Assembly: GCA_000505065.1 (NCBI GenBank)
Contig: AWSN01000001.1
Location: 403,647-467,646 of the forward strand
Direction: 5' to 3'
DNA: 64,000 bases
Source: Parcubacteria bacterium RAAC4_OD1_1
GTDB taxonomy: Bacteria; Patescibacteriota; Minisyncoccia; Phycocordibacterales; UBA9973
The notes under the pieces: generated by a model
The model's database searches: none
What the model was told of the DNA's origin: nothing
The model's input: only the letters and a program-made list of their open reading frames with translations
Shown here: positions 1 through 9,560 of the stretch, in pieces
Numbering within the stretch: position 1 is the stretch's first letter
Layout of the letters: each line of letters begins with the position of its first letter
Program-made: the position numbers and the translations under genes

Positions 1-1022
1 ATAACAATGGATCGATCAGGATTTTCTTTTTCAAATTTTGTAATAGTTAGGCCAATTTCTTTTGTCTCATAAGTCGGTAATTGTTGAGAATTAATAAATA
101 CTCTAGTATGGAGTTTCTTGTCATAATCTTCACCATGAAAAACAATAGCACCATCTGATTCTTTAAAAACTTCCCCAACATTTTCTCTAACTATTTTTTC
201 TCCTATCGGCGCCATCTTACTTTCAAAAAAGTAGTACCCGTCACTAAATTTTGTCCCTAGTAATTTATATATTTCTTCAAAAGCATCTAGTGTTACCTTT
301 CTTCCCCATTCATATATCTCATTTATTTTTTCATTAGACTTATCATAAATTTTTTTATTTATTTCATCTATCTCTTTTTTTATATTTTCATCTGTATCGT
401 AAAAATTACTTCCTTTCGAATAACATTCACCAATATATTGTGCTTTTTCTGACACTGTTTTATTTTCTTCTGGCATCCCAGATTGCAAAAGTCCATATAT
501 TGCTTTTGCAACATGAGGACCAACATCTCCTTGGTAATTTGCACGAATAGTTTCGGCACCAGAAAATTCTACTATTCTAGAAAGAGATTCCCCAATGGCA
601 TTTGTCATAAGATGTCCTATATGAAATGGCTTGAATGGATTTGGGTCAGTATACTCCACCATAATCTTTTTCCCTTCAAGTAAATCGTTCTTCCCCCAAC
701 TATCCCCTTTTTCTAAAATCTCTTTTACTTTTTCTGTAAAAAATTCTCTTGATAAATAAAAATTTATAAACCCAGGTCCCGCAACTTCTATCTTCTCAAT
801 TTCACCGAAGCCTTGCTTCGGTAAACCTTTTAATTCCAATACTATTTTTTCTGCCAAAATCCCCGGGTTTGATTTTAATTGTTTGGCACATATCATTGCT
901 ACATTAGTAGAATAATCCCCATTTTTAAAATCTTCTGGATGTTCAACATTAAAATTAATCTCTTCATTTATTCCAATTTTTTTTAAAGCTTCTTTAATTT
1001 TTTGTTCAATAATATTTTTCAT
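1..1022 (-). CDS. argS: Arginine--tRNA ligase, 5' part (runs off the window edge)
   Basis: Manual translation from ATG at 1022: MKNIIEQKIKEALKKIG...GDYSTNVAM...IEKIEVAGPGFINF...VEYTDPNPFKPFHIGHLM (HIGH motif). Not in the ORF track because it is truncated. Confidence 0.95.
   Translation of the reverse strand, partial: MKNIIEQKIKEALKKIGINEEINFNVEHPEDFKNGDYSTNVAMICAKQLKSNPGILAEKIVLELKGLPKQGFGEIEKIEVAGPGFINFYLSREFFTEKVKEILEKGDSWGKNDLLEGKKIMVEYTDPNPFKPFHIGHLMTNAIGESLSRIVEFSGAETIRANYQGDVGPHVAKAIYGLLQSGMPEENKTVSEKAQYIGECYSKGSNFYDTDENIKKEIDEINKKIYDKSNEKINEIYEWGRKVTLDAFEEIYKLLGTKFSDGYYFFESKMAPIGEKIVRENVGEVFKESDGAIVFHGEDYDKKLHTRVFINSQQLPTYETKEIGLTITKFEKENPDRSIV
802..830. repeat. 29 bp palindromic element inside argS, identical to 33896-33924
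   Basis: tcaccgaagccttgcttcggtaaaccttt; hairpin ACCGAAGC-ctt-GCTTCGGT; read in frame as KGLPKQGFG. Confidence 0.9.
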
Positions 1023-2044
1023 TATATTGCTGGCATTCTATTTGCTAATTTAACAAGTTCTATATCATCATAATGATCTAGTAAATCTTTAGTATCTTTA
1101 TCCAAAAGACCATTTTTTTGTTTTTCTCTTAATATTTCTAAATGCTTCCTTCCAAAAACTTCTTTTTCTGGATCAAAAGAAAAACCAAGACTGTTAAACA
1201 TTGAGCGTATTCTAGTATCTGTTTCTTGAATTTGCCCTACATATTCCCTATCTGGAGCACCATCTTTAAATTTAGGATTCCATGTACCACTAAATTCTTC
1301 AGCTTGTAATAATCCATCTTGAGCGGCATGTCCTAATTCATGAGATAATGTTTTTTCATCTATATATTTTCTTTCTGATATCATTCCATCTTGCACTCTA
1401 AGCGGAGGAACAATATTTTCTTTCATAAATACAGAATTTTTAGCTTCTTCTGGTAAATCATCCCTACCCCCAGGGGAATAAAAACCTGCACCATCTAAGA
1501 CTTCTGTTTCGTTAGTCATTTCAGAAATTACACTCTTGAGTTCTTCATATTTTTCTCTTGGTAAAATAACAGTCTTCACATTGTTTGTATTATTGATTAA
1601 CCATTCTTTTATGTTTAAAATATCTTCTTCTGTGGCTCCTTTTAATCTCAATCTTCTTTCTAACTCAGGAGAGTTAGCCCAATCAATTTTTGATTGTTTA
1701 GTTTTCTCAATAATATCTTTATAATCACCAGAAACGTCTGATTTTAATATTTCAGATAATCTAGTTTCTAATTCTTGTTTTTTATTTTCCAATCTTATAA
1801 TTTTATTTTTATTAAAATCAACTGAAGGAATAATTATTTCTCCTGTTAAACCTAATTCACTTCTAATATCACCAACTCTTTGAGTTGTTGTAATTATTGT
1901 TTCTTCGTTTGTATTTATTTTATTAGAAATATCCTTAATTTCTGATTCTAATTGATTAGAATCAGAAAGAGAAATCGATGTAGGTTCTTTTTCTACATTA
2001 ATCAAATTTTCTTTATTATTTTTTTGAATTTCTATTTCTTCCAT
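1022..2044 (-). CDS. Hypothetical protein: N-terminal coiled coil plus zincin-like HExxH domain
   Basis: 340 aa ORF; TLSHELGHAAQ and downstream QETDTRIR; stop overlaps the argS start (TAATG). Confidence 0.6.
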   Translation of the reverse strand: MEEIEIQKNNKENLINVEKEPTSISLSDSNQLESEIKDISNKINTNEETIITTTQRVGDIRSELGLTGEIIIPSVDFNKNKIIRLENKKQELETRLSEILKSDVSGDYKDIIEKTKQSKIDWANSPELERRLRLKGATEEDILNIKEWLINNTNNVKTVILPREKYEELKSVISEMTNETEVLDGAGFYSPGGRDDLPEEAKNSVFMKENIVPPLRVQDGMISERKYIDEKTLSHELGHAAQDGLLQAEEFSGTWNPKFKDGAPDREYVGQIQETDTRIRSMFNSLGFSFDPEKEVFGRKHLEILREKQKNGLLDKDTKDLLDHYDDIELVKLANRMPAI

Positions 2045-2082
2045 TTTTATATTTGAATATAATTTGCAAATCTTTCTCAGAC

Positions 2083-2505
2083 TTATTTCCTCCCTGTTGA
2101 TCCAAATGCTCCCTCTCCTCGAGAAGACTCACTTAATGTATCAGAAAATTCAATTTCGGGAATGGATACAGGAACTATCACCAACTGGGAAACCTTATCC
2201 CCCATCTCTACAGTATATGGCTCAGGGCTTAAATTTACAAGATGAGTATTATATTCCCCTCTATAACCTGCGTCAAATACTCCTCCTAAAGTATGGAGAC
2301 CTGCTTTTGAGATGCTCGATTTGTCAAAGATTTTCGCCATATATCCTTCAGGAAATTCCATCGCAAATCCATGCCAAAATCTATAATGCTCTCCTGGCTT
2401 TATGGTCACAGTCTCCATCGCATACATATCCATCCCTACATCACCAGGATGAGCATAGCTTGGTAATTTTGCATCATCTTTTAATTTTTTAATTTTAATT
2501 TTCAT
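2083..2505 (-). CDS. dut: dUTP diphosphatase
   Basis: AHPGDVGMD, KSS, GVFDAGYRGE, RGEGAFGSTG motifs; likely start MKIKIK at 2505. Confidence 0.95.
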   Translation of the reverse strand: MKIKIKKLKDDAKLPSYAHPGDVGMDMYAMETVTIKPGEHYRFWHGFAMEFPEGYMAKIFDKSSISKAGLHTLGGVFDAGYRGEYNTHLVNLSPEPYTVEMGDKVSQLVIVPVSIPEIEFSDTLSESSRGEGAFGSTGRK

Positions 2506-2506
2506 T

Positions 2507-2758
2507 TTAACATTTATATCCAAAATTAATCATATCATGAATTCCTCCACCATTTGAAACATTTGTAAAACCAATTTGCTCCATCATAGACTTTGCGATA
2601 ATAGCCCGACTTCCAGATTCACAATAAAGCAATATTTCTTCATCTTTTGGAAATTCTGGAAATTTTCCATACATCATATCCATAATATCAAAAAGTATAG
2701 CACCTTCTATGTGTCCACAATTGTATTCTCCTCTTGTTCTTACATCTATTATTTTCAT
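2507..2758 (-). CDS. Single-domain rhodanese (PspE/GlpE-like)
   Basis: MKIIDVRT..EY..GHIEGA...YCESGSRA; start trimmed to ATG at 2758. Confidence 0.9.
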   Translation of the reverse strand: MKIIDVRTRGEYNCGHIEGAILFDIMDMMYGKFPEFPKDEEILLYCESGSRAIIAKSMMEQIGFTNVSNGGGIHDMINFGYKC

Positions 2759-2766
2759 ATCTATAT

Positions 2767-3477
2767 TTATTTTAATTTCTTTTTGACTTCTTTGTAAATC
2801 ATCTCGTGTATCTCTTCGCGAGAATAAATTTCTCCCTTTAGAGAACAATTTATCTTTACCCAATTCGGTTCTCTTTCTGCAAGCCAAAGTGCACTCTTTA
2901 TAGAATTCTTCATAAAGTTTTCATCAGCTTCATGTACATCTTTATGCTTTTTAAGATAAGCTCTTTTCATTTTACTACTATTCCTCTCTTCAATAAGCCT
3001 CATCACTATATTTATAGGTAAACTCAAATATATTGTTATATCTGGTCTAGGGATACCAAATTCTTTGTATTCCATCTGATCAAGCCATTTTATGAAGTCC
3101 TGTCTTTTCTTTGGATTCTCAATTTTACCCCCTTGGTGAATCTGATTTGCAGAAACATATCGATTTGCAATCACCACACATCCTTCTTCAATCCATTTTT
3201 TTATTTCTTTACTTGACTGCCATCTATCAGCAGCATAAAGAACTGATACAATCTTTGGGTGTACATTTATAAAATTATAATATTGCTCAGAAAGACAATG
3301 CCCCACAAATGCACCAAAAAAATTCTTATAATATTCTGGAAAGTCCACAATCTTTACTTTGTATCCTTCCTTTTTAAGTCTATCAGTAAGAAGGGCAACC
3401 TGCGTCGCCTTCCCACTCCCATCTGTACCATCAATGACTATAAGCTTCCCTTTTTTTATTTTCTTATTCTTTATCAT
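2767..3477 (-). CDS. tmk: Thymidylate kinase
   Basis: IDGTDGSGKATQ P-loop, LYAADR, NRYVSAN, PDITIYL. Confidence 0.9.
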   Translation of the reverse strand: MIKNKKIKKGKLIVIDGTDGSGKATQVALLTDRLKKEGYKVKIVDFPEYYKNFFGAFVGHCLSEQYYNFINVHPKIVSVLYAADRWQSSKEIKKWIEEGCVVIANRYVSANQIHQGGKIENPKKRQDFIKWLDQMEYKEFGIPRPDITIYLSLPINIVMRLIEERNSSKMKRAYLKKHKDVHEADENFMKNSIKSALWLAEREPNWVKINCSLKGEIYSREEIHEMIYKEVKKKLK

Positions 3478-3479
3478 TT

Positions 3480-3884
3480 TTAAGAAATTAATTTTTTATT
3501 AATAATCTCTCTTACATATAAATCTAACGGTTCAATTTCTTCAAATTCAGAAAATGTTATCCATTTATATTCATCATGTTCATCGCTTAAAACAACATCC
3601 CCATTTATATTACCCGTATACGTAAGTCTTACTATATGTTTACCCTCATTTCTAAATATGTCTTGAGCAGCAATTAATTTTGGTTCTTCTTCTAAATGGA
3701 GTCCAGTTTCTTCTAGAATTTCTCTTTTTAGATTATCTATTAAACTTTCTCCAATATTTATTCTACCTCCTGCTATATCCCACTTAGGTCCAACTTCTGG
3801 GTATTTAAAACTAGAACGCCGAAGAATAAGATATTTTTCATCTTTATTCTTTAATAAAATTTTTACTCCAACTCTAAAATCCAT
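3480..3884 (-). CDS. NUDIX hydrolase
   Basis: Nudix box GGRINIGESLIDNLKREILEETGL and SDEH motif. Confidence 0.9.
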   Translation of the reverse strand: MDFRVGVKILLKNKDEKYLILRRSSFKYPEVGPKWDIAGGRINIGESLIDNLKREILEETGLHLEEEPKLIAAQDIFRNEGKHIVRLTYTGNINGDVVLSDEHDEYKWITFSEFEEIEPLDLYVREIINKKLIS

Positions 3885-3886
3885 AA

Positions 3887-5080
3887 TTAACTTCTCAAAA
3901 TCTTATCCATCTTCTTTGCGAGGGCGACCATATCTTTCTCTTTTTTGCCTCTTGTAGTTTCGGCACAAGTTCCAAGACGGATACCAGATGGATCCATAGG
4001 CCCACGTGTGTCTCCTGGAATAGTATTCATATTTACAATTATCCCTGCTTTTTCAAGCTTACTACTTGCATCCTTTCCAGGTATTCCTTTGCCCTCCATC
4101 CAAGTATCCATAAGTATAAGATGTGAATCTGTACCTCCTGAAATAATATGCCAGCCAAGCTTTTGTAGTTCTTTGGCTAAAACTTTTGCATTTTTAACGA
4201 CTTGTTTTGCATACTTTTTAAATTCTGGTTTTGAGGCTTCAAGGAATGAGACTGCGGCGGCGGCAATAGTGTTCTCGTGTGGCCCACCATAAAGACCTGG
4301 AATAATCGCTTTGTCTATTTTCTTATCAAACTCTCTTGTATCTTTTTTCACAAAAATTATTGCATGTCTTGGACCACGAAGAGATTTGTGAGTTGTTGTC
4401 ATCACTGTATCAGCATAAGGGAAAGGAGATGGATAAGCTCCCCCTGCTACAAGCCCCGCAAAGTGCGACATATCGACATGAAGAATCGCTCCACAAGCAT
4501 CTGCTATCTCTCTAAACTTTTTAAAATCAACAACTCTTGGATAAGCAGTAAATCCACAAACAATTAAATCTGGCTTTTCTGTGATTGCAAGTTTTTTAAC
4601 ATCTTCATAGTTTATCATTTCAGTATCTTTACCAAGCTCAAATTGAACACTTTTCCAAATCTTTCCTGTCATAGATCCAGGGTAACCATGAGTAAGGTGC
4701 CCACCTGATGAAAGTTTCATTCCCATTATTTTTCCCTGTTTACTTGTCTTTGGATCAAACATTGGGACAAGTGCAGTATAGAGAGCAAAGTTTGCAGGAG
4801 AGCCAGAAAGTGGCTGAACATTTACATGCCAATCTGTCATTTTTAATTTAAAAAGTTTAAGTGCTCTTGCAATAGCCAAATTCTCTACTTTATCTACAAC
4901 TTGGTTTCCACCATAATACCTCCTACCCGGGTATCCTTCAGCATATTTGTTTGTAAGTTTAGAACCAAGAGCCTTAAGCACATCCTCTGAAACAATATTT
5001 TCTGAAGCAATTAAATTCACGACACTTTTCTGTCTTTTCTCTTCTTCTTTAATAAGCTTCTCTATTTGTTTGTCTTTCAT
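3887..5080 (-). CDS. glyA: Serine hydroxymethyltransferase
   Basis: LIASEN, NKYAEGYPGRRYYGG, GGHLTHG, TTTHKSLRGPR. Confidence 0.97.
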   Translation of the reverse strand: MKDKQIEKLIKEEEKRQKSVVNLIASENIVSEDVLKALGSKLTNKYAEGYPGRRYYGGNQVVDKVENLAIARALKLFKLKMTDWHVNVQPLSGSPANFALYTALVPMFDPKTSKQGKIMGMKLSSGGHLTHGYPGSMTGKIWKSVQFELGKDTEMINYEDVKKLAITEKPDLIVCGFTAYPRVVDFKKFREIADACGAILHVDMSHFAGLVAGGAYPSPFPYADTVMTTTHKSLRGPRHAIIFVKKDTREFDKKIDKAIIPGLYGGPHENTIAAAAVSFLEASKPEFKKYAKQVVKNAKVLAKELQKLGWHIISGGTDSHLILMDTWMEGKGIPGKDASSKLEKAGIIVNMNTIPGDTRGPMDPSGIRLGTCAETTRGKKEKDMVALAKKMDKILRS

Positions 5081-5160
5081 ATTATTGGTGGATATTTAGA
5101 TTTATAATACCCCCATTTTATCACATTTGGCAAAAAAGAAGAAAAGGTTATAATTAAGAT

Positions 5161-6033
5161 ATGAGAACATATTTAGATATAGTTAAAAAAATACTTGATG
5201 AAGGAAAACTCGAGGAAACGAGGACTGGCATAAAAGCTTACACCATTGCAGGTGCTATTTTTGAACACGATATGTCAAAAGGTTTCCCACTTCTAACCAC
5301 AAAAAAGACTCCATTTAAACTAGTAGCATCTGAATTAGAATTTTTTATAAATGGAATTACAGATAAAAAATGGCTTCAAAATAAAAATAATCATATCTGG
5401 GATGAATGGGCCAAACCCCAACTCGCTCCATATGGACATGATGAGGAATCAAAAAAGAAAATGCTAGAAGAAAGAGATTTGGGACCTATTTATGGTTTCC
5501 AATGGAGACATTTTAATGCACCATATAATAAATTTGATAGTGATTATACTGATAAAGGGATAGATCAATTAAAAAAAGTTGTAGAGACTTTAAAAACAAA
5601 CCCAAGAGATAGAAGGATGATCGTAAGCGCATGGAATCCATTGCAATTCAATGAGATGGCTCTCCCCCCTTGTCATTATTCATTCCAAGTTACAGTTATA
5701 GATGGTAAATTAAATTTACTTTGGAACCAAAGATCTGTGGACACAATGCTAGGACTTCCTTTTAATATTGCAAGCTATGCAATACTACTCCATTTACTTG
5801 CTAAAGAATCAGGATTAAAAGAAGGAAAACTTGTTGGATTCTTGGCTGATGTACACATATACGAGAATCATATAGAAGGAGCCAAAGAGCAATTGACTCG
5901 TGATCCAGAAAAATACCCATTATCTAAAATAGAAACAGAAAATTGGAAGTCGATTTTTGATTGGCATAGTGAGGATACTAAATTATTAAATTATCAAAGT
6001 TATGACAAAATAGCTTTTGAGATAGCTGTATAA
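5161..6033 (+). CDS. thyA: Thymidylate synthase
   Basis: FPLLTTKK, GPIYGFQWR, RRMIVSAWNP, LPPCH, QRSVD..LGLPFNIASY. Confidence 0.97.
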   Translation: MRTYLDIVKKILDEGKLEETRTGIKAYTIAGAIFEHDMSKGFPLLTTKKTPFKLVASELEFFINGITDKKWLQNKNNHIWDEWAKPQLAPYGHDEESKKKMLEERDLGPIYGFQWRHFNAPYNKFDSDYTDKGIDQLKKVVETLKTNPRDRRMIVSAWNPLQFNEMALPPCHYSFQVTVIDGKLNLLWNQRSVDTMLGLPFNIASYAILLHLLAKESGLKEGKLVGFLADVHIYENHIEGAKEQLTRDPEKYPLSKIETENWKSIFDWHSEDTKLLNYQSYDKIAFEIAV

Positions 6034-6141
6034 AATAAAAAGCTTCATAAATTATATTCTGAAAAAAGTCCTCGGACTTAGGGGACGGGAGCCGGCGCCA
6101 GACATTTTTTCATAAAATAATTTACTTCGCTAAAACACATT

Positions 6142-6666
6142 ATGATTCTTTCAATAATCTCCGCCATCGCAAATAACAATGAAATTGGTATGAAAAATAC
6201 CCTTCTTTGGAATTTACCGATAGATATGAAGCATTTCAAAGAGACAACCACGGGGCACCCAGTCATAATGGGGCAAAAAACTTTTGAATCACTAGGAACT
6301 TCCAAAGAAGGGCTCCCTGGTCGCCCACTCCCAAACAGAAGAAACATTATCCTCACACTTGATACAAATTTTAAAAGAGAAGATGTAGAAGTTTATTACA
6401 GTATAGAAAGTTTAGAAAAAGCGCTAAATGAAACTCTTCCTAAAGACGAGGAAGCATTTATAATCGGTGGTGGACAAATATATAGGCTGTTTATAGATAA
6501 AGCTGATAAACTTTACATTACTCACGTCAATGCTAGCTTCCCTGATGCTGATACTTACTTCCCTAATATTGATAAAAATAAATGGGAAAAGATTGAAGGT
6601 GCTAAATACCCCAAAGATGAATTGAATGCTTATGATTTAGAATTTGTGATTTATAAAAGAAAATAA
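6142..6666 (+). CDS. folA: Dihydrofolate reductase
   Basis: IG..N.LLW.LP.DMKHFK, VIMGQKTFES, RPLPNRRNIIL, IIGGGQIY, DTYFP. Confidence 0.95.
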   Translation: MILSIISAIANNNEIGMKNTLLWNLPIDMKHFKETTTGHPVIMGQKTFESLGTSKEGLPGRPLPNRRNIILTLDTNFKREDVEVYYSIESLEKALNETLPKDEEAFIIGGGQIYRLFIDKADKLYITHVNASFPDADTYFPNIDKNKWEKIEGAKYPKDELNAYDLEFVIYKRK

Positions 6667-6695
6667 AAAAGTCCAGGCAAGGCCTGGACTTTTTT
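6665..6695. terminator. Bidirectional hairpin between folA and the MazG-like gene (REP-like GC-AAG-GC core)
   Basis: aaaaaaGTCCAGGC-aag-GCCTGGACtttttt between convergent genes. Confidence 0.75.
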
Positions 6696-6706
6696 ATTAT
6701 AGAAAT

Positions 6707-7036
6707 CTACGGATCTACTTCTGTTTTAACTCTTAGAAAAATATCTTTTCCATCTGGAGTTTTATCTTTAATATATTTACGATTTTTATTTATCTCTATT
6801 TTTCTAATTAATTCTTTTTCAAGATCATAGCCAAGTATTTCACACATACCAAGCACAAAAATAGCAACATCAGCAAATTCTTCTGCAACCCCATCTTGAT
6901 TCTTACTAAATTTAGAATAAGCTTCTGAAAGCTCCTCATGGGCACGACAAAATTCAACAGCCACATCTGTAGTATTGAAACCTTTTTCTATTTTATTTCG
7001 CATTACTTCTTTTTGAAGTTCTTTTAAATCAATCAT
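6707..7036 (-). CDS. MazG-like nucleotide pyrophosphohydrolase
   Basis: EELSEA...EEFADV..F all-alpha NTP-PPase motif; K.EINK.R. Confidence 0.8.
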   Translation of the reverse strand: MIDLKELQKEVMRNKIEKGFNTTDVAVEFCRAHEELSEAYSKFSKNQDGVAEEFADVAIFVLGMCEILGYDLEKELIRKIEINKNRKYIKDKTPDGKDIFLRVKTEVDP

Positions 7037-7039
7037 ATA

Positions 7040-7528
7040 TTACATATTATCATAAACTTCCATATCCCCTAATATCTCAAGTTTTATATCTACCTCTTTG
7101 AAAATTTCCTTTGTCCTTTTTGCTCCATGATAATCTTTCAAGGCTACAACACGAACAATACCAGAATTTATAATACTTTGAGCACATTTATAACAAGGAG
7201 TCATTTTGCAATAAAGTGTAGCCCCCTCAATAGCAACACCGACTCGAGCTGCATTATTTATAGCATTCTGCTCTGCATGAGCTGTCCTTATGCAATGATT
7301 TGATTCTGTTCCATCCTCACTTGTTACCTTATGCATTTCGTGTCCAACCTGATCACAACTCTTTACACCAGAAGGAGCTCCAACGTATCCTGTAGCTAAA
7401 ATTCTTTTATTATTAACAAGCACAGCCCCAGCATAACCTCTGTCGCAAGTACCTCTTGAACCTACCAATTCTGCAAGTTTTATAAAATATTCGTCCCAAG
7501 AAGGTCTTTTTTTATTCTCTTTTTCCAT
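7040..7528 (-). CDS. dCMP deaminase (ComEB family)
   Basis: RPSWDEYF, HAEQNAI, PCYKC zinc motifs. Confidence 0.92.
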   Translation of the reverse strand: MEKENKKRPSWDEYFIKLAELVGSRGTCDRGYAGAVLVNNKRILATGYVGAPSGVKSCDQVGHEMHKVTSEDGTESNHCIRTAHAEQNAINNAARVGVAIEGATLYCKMTPCYKCAQSIINSGIVRVVALKDYHGAKRTKEIFKEVDIKLEILGDMEVYDNM

Positions 7529-7564
7529 AATTTAAATTATATTACTTTTATTAAAATATTCCAA

Positions 7565-8869
7565 CTAAACTCCTTCTGGAGCTTGCTCGAGTTTGAGAGA
7601 TACTGTTTTCTGTATTCCTTTTGATAAAATTTTCATAGATACAGTTTGCCCGACATTCTTACGACGAATAATGTAAGCAAAATTATTATCTTCTGTTATT
7701 TTCTCTCCATCTATCTCAAGAATTATATCATTTTCAACTATTCCTGCTTTATCTGCTGGAGATCCTGGCACTACAGCAAGCTCGCTTTGATTCTGCCCTC
7801 GCAGTACAAGTATCCCATAATCAATAGACAATTTATTTGTATCTTTTATTTCTTTTGTGATAGGCACATATCTGATTCCCACATAAGGACGAATAATTTT
7901 CCCAGTAGAGAGCACTGAATCAATTATACTTTTAACACTATTTATAGGTAAAGCAAAACCAATATTTGAAGAACCTTGAACAACGGCAACATTGATTCCT
8001 ACGACATCTCCTTTCAAATTAAGAAGTGGTCCACCTGAATTACCCGGATTTATAGCAGCATCTGTTTGTATGACTTTATCTAAAAATTCTTTTTGACCAA
8101 AACCACTTCCTGCATAAATAGATCTTGAAAGTCCAGAAATAACACCTGTTGAAACTGAATTTTCAAATTCTCCAAGAGCATTACCTATCGCAACTACACT
8201 CTCCCCTATTTCTAATTTATCTGAATCACTCAAATTAAGATATGGTAAATTCTTTTCTTCAATTTTTAAAATTGCAACATCAAAAACAAAATCTTTAGCA
8301 ATAAGTTTGGCAGTATATTCTTTCTTGTTATTAAGTACTACTTTAAAGAAAGCCTCACTCTCATCTACCACATGCCTATTGGTAACAATATAACCATTGT
8401 TTGTTATTATAAATCCAGACCCACTACTAATTTGCTTTTCTTCAGTTCCATTTTCTTTATATTGTGGAGTTTGGAAAAAGAAATTTGGGAAAAATCCACC
8501 AAAATAATCATTGTAATTATTATTTTCTGGATAATAAACTTCATACTTAGGAACATTTTTATAAACCAAAACAGAAACAACAGCTGGCTTTGATTTCTTT
8601 ACAGCCTCTACTACAGAATATTCACCTGTTTTTGTTAAAATTTCTGGCTCTTCATTGTTTGTAATATTATTAGAAGAAATATTTACTTCTGGAATATAAT
8701 TTCTCACAATAAAACTTTTTATATCTTCTTTGTATTGCCATAATACAATAGAAAATACAAAAATTATTATTATAAAAGACAATAAACTCATAAAAAACAT
8801 TTTTAAAAATAAAGAATCATTTATTTTTTTAAACTCTTTTTTTATTTTGTCTAAAATTTCTTTCTTCAT
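7565..8869 (-). CDS. htrA: HtrA/DegP-family serine protease with PDZ domain
   Basis: N-terminal TM; GSGFI..TNRHV, D, IQTDAAINPGNSGGPL; C-terminal PDZ GSPADKAG. Confidence 0.93.
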   Translation of the reverse strand: MKKEILDKIKKEFKKINDSLFLKMFFMSLLSFIIIIFVFSIVLWQYKEDIKSFIVRNYIPEVNISSNNITNNEEPEILTKTGEYSVVEAVKKSKPAVVSVLVYKNVPKYEVYYPENNNYNDYFGGFFPNFFFQTPQYKENGTEEKQISSGSGFIITNNGYIVTNRHVVDESEAFFKVVLNNKKEYTAKLIAKDFVFDVAILKIEEKNLPYLNLSDSDKLEIGESVVAIGNALGEFENSVSTGVISGLSRSIYAGSGFGQKEFLDKVIQTDAAINPGNSGGPLLNLKGDVVGINVAVVQGSSNIGFALPINSVKSIIDSVLSTGKIIRPYVGIRYVPITKEIKDTNKLSIDYGILVLRGQNQSELAVVPGSPADKAGIVENDIILEIDGEKITEDNNFAYIIRRKNVGQTVSMKILSKGIQKTVSLKLEQAPEGV

Positions 8870-8897
8870 ATTTTTATTATATATTATTTATAATAAT

Positions 8898-9515
8898 TTA
8901 TCTTAAGGTGAAAAATCCTAATATCATTCCTATAAAATTAAGAATTGTATGAGAAATTGATATTAGAATAAGATTTGGGTATTTGTAGTACAACCAAGCA
9001 AATCCTAACCCTGCAATAAATGTCATAGGGAGAACAAAAGTTGCATTGAGATATATGACATGTATAAGAGCAAAAACTGAAGCATTAATAATTATTATTG
9101 AGTATGCATTTTTAAAAGCTCTTTTTTGCATATTCATAAGGATACCCCTAAAGACAACTTCTTGTAATACACTTATCGGAATAAACAATAATAAAAACTT
9201 AAAATTAGTCCACCAATTTAAAAATGGTTTATGTGGAGAAATCATAGATAACCAAAAAAGAAAAAGTGCTCCACCAACAGTAAAAATAAAATAGGGAGCA
9301 ACATCTTTCATAAAATTTGGGATAATCCCAAAATCTTCTTTTGTCCATTTTGCGTGTTTCACTATACCATACAAAAGTATAGCAACACCAAAGAGCATAA
9401 TTATACGAAAATCTCCTGGTATAACCTTAAAATAAAGAAGTAAAACAGGAACAATATAAAGATACAGTATTTGTATCCAGACTAATTCTTTTTCTTTACT
9501 ATTTGATATATCCAT
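8898..9515 (-). CDS. CPBP (CAAX/Abi) intramembrane metalloprotease
   Basis: QEVVFRG, FALIH, HTILN motifs; multi-TM. Confidence 0.85.
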   Translation of the reverse strand: MDISNSKEKELVWIQILYLYIVPVLLLYFKVIPGDFRIIMLFGVAILLYGIVKHAKWTKEDFGIIPNFMKDVAPYFIFTVGGALFLFWLSMISPHKPFLNWWTNFKFLLLFIPISVLQEVVFRGILMNMQKRAFKNAYSIIIINASVFALIHVIYLNATFVLPMTFIAGLGFAWLYYKYPNLILISISHTILNFIGMILGFFTLR

Positions 9516-9560
9516 ATGAGATATTATATACCATTTTATTCATATCTCAAGTTTAAAATT

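Noticed and set aside
6064-6103. GC-rich patch between thyA and folA as a riboswitch or repeat
   Set aside because: Only a 6 bp hairpin (aagtcc/ggactt), no second copy in the window and no recognisable aptamer.
6291-6325. Extra loop in FolA (TSKEGLPG), and similarly in GlyA (MFDPKTSKQ, about 4735-4765), as further palindromic inserts
   Set aside because: The DNA shows no convincing hairpin or match to the repeat families.
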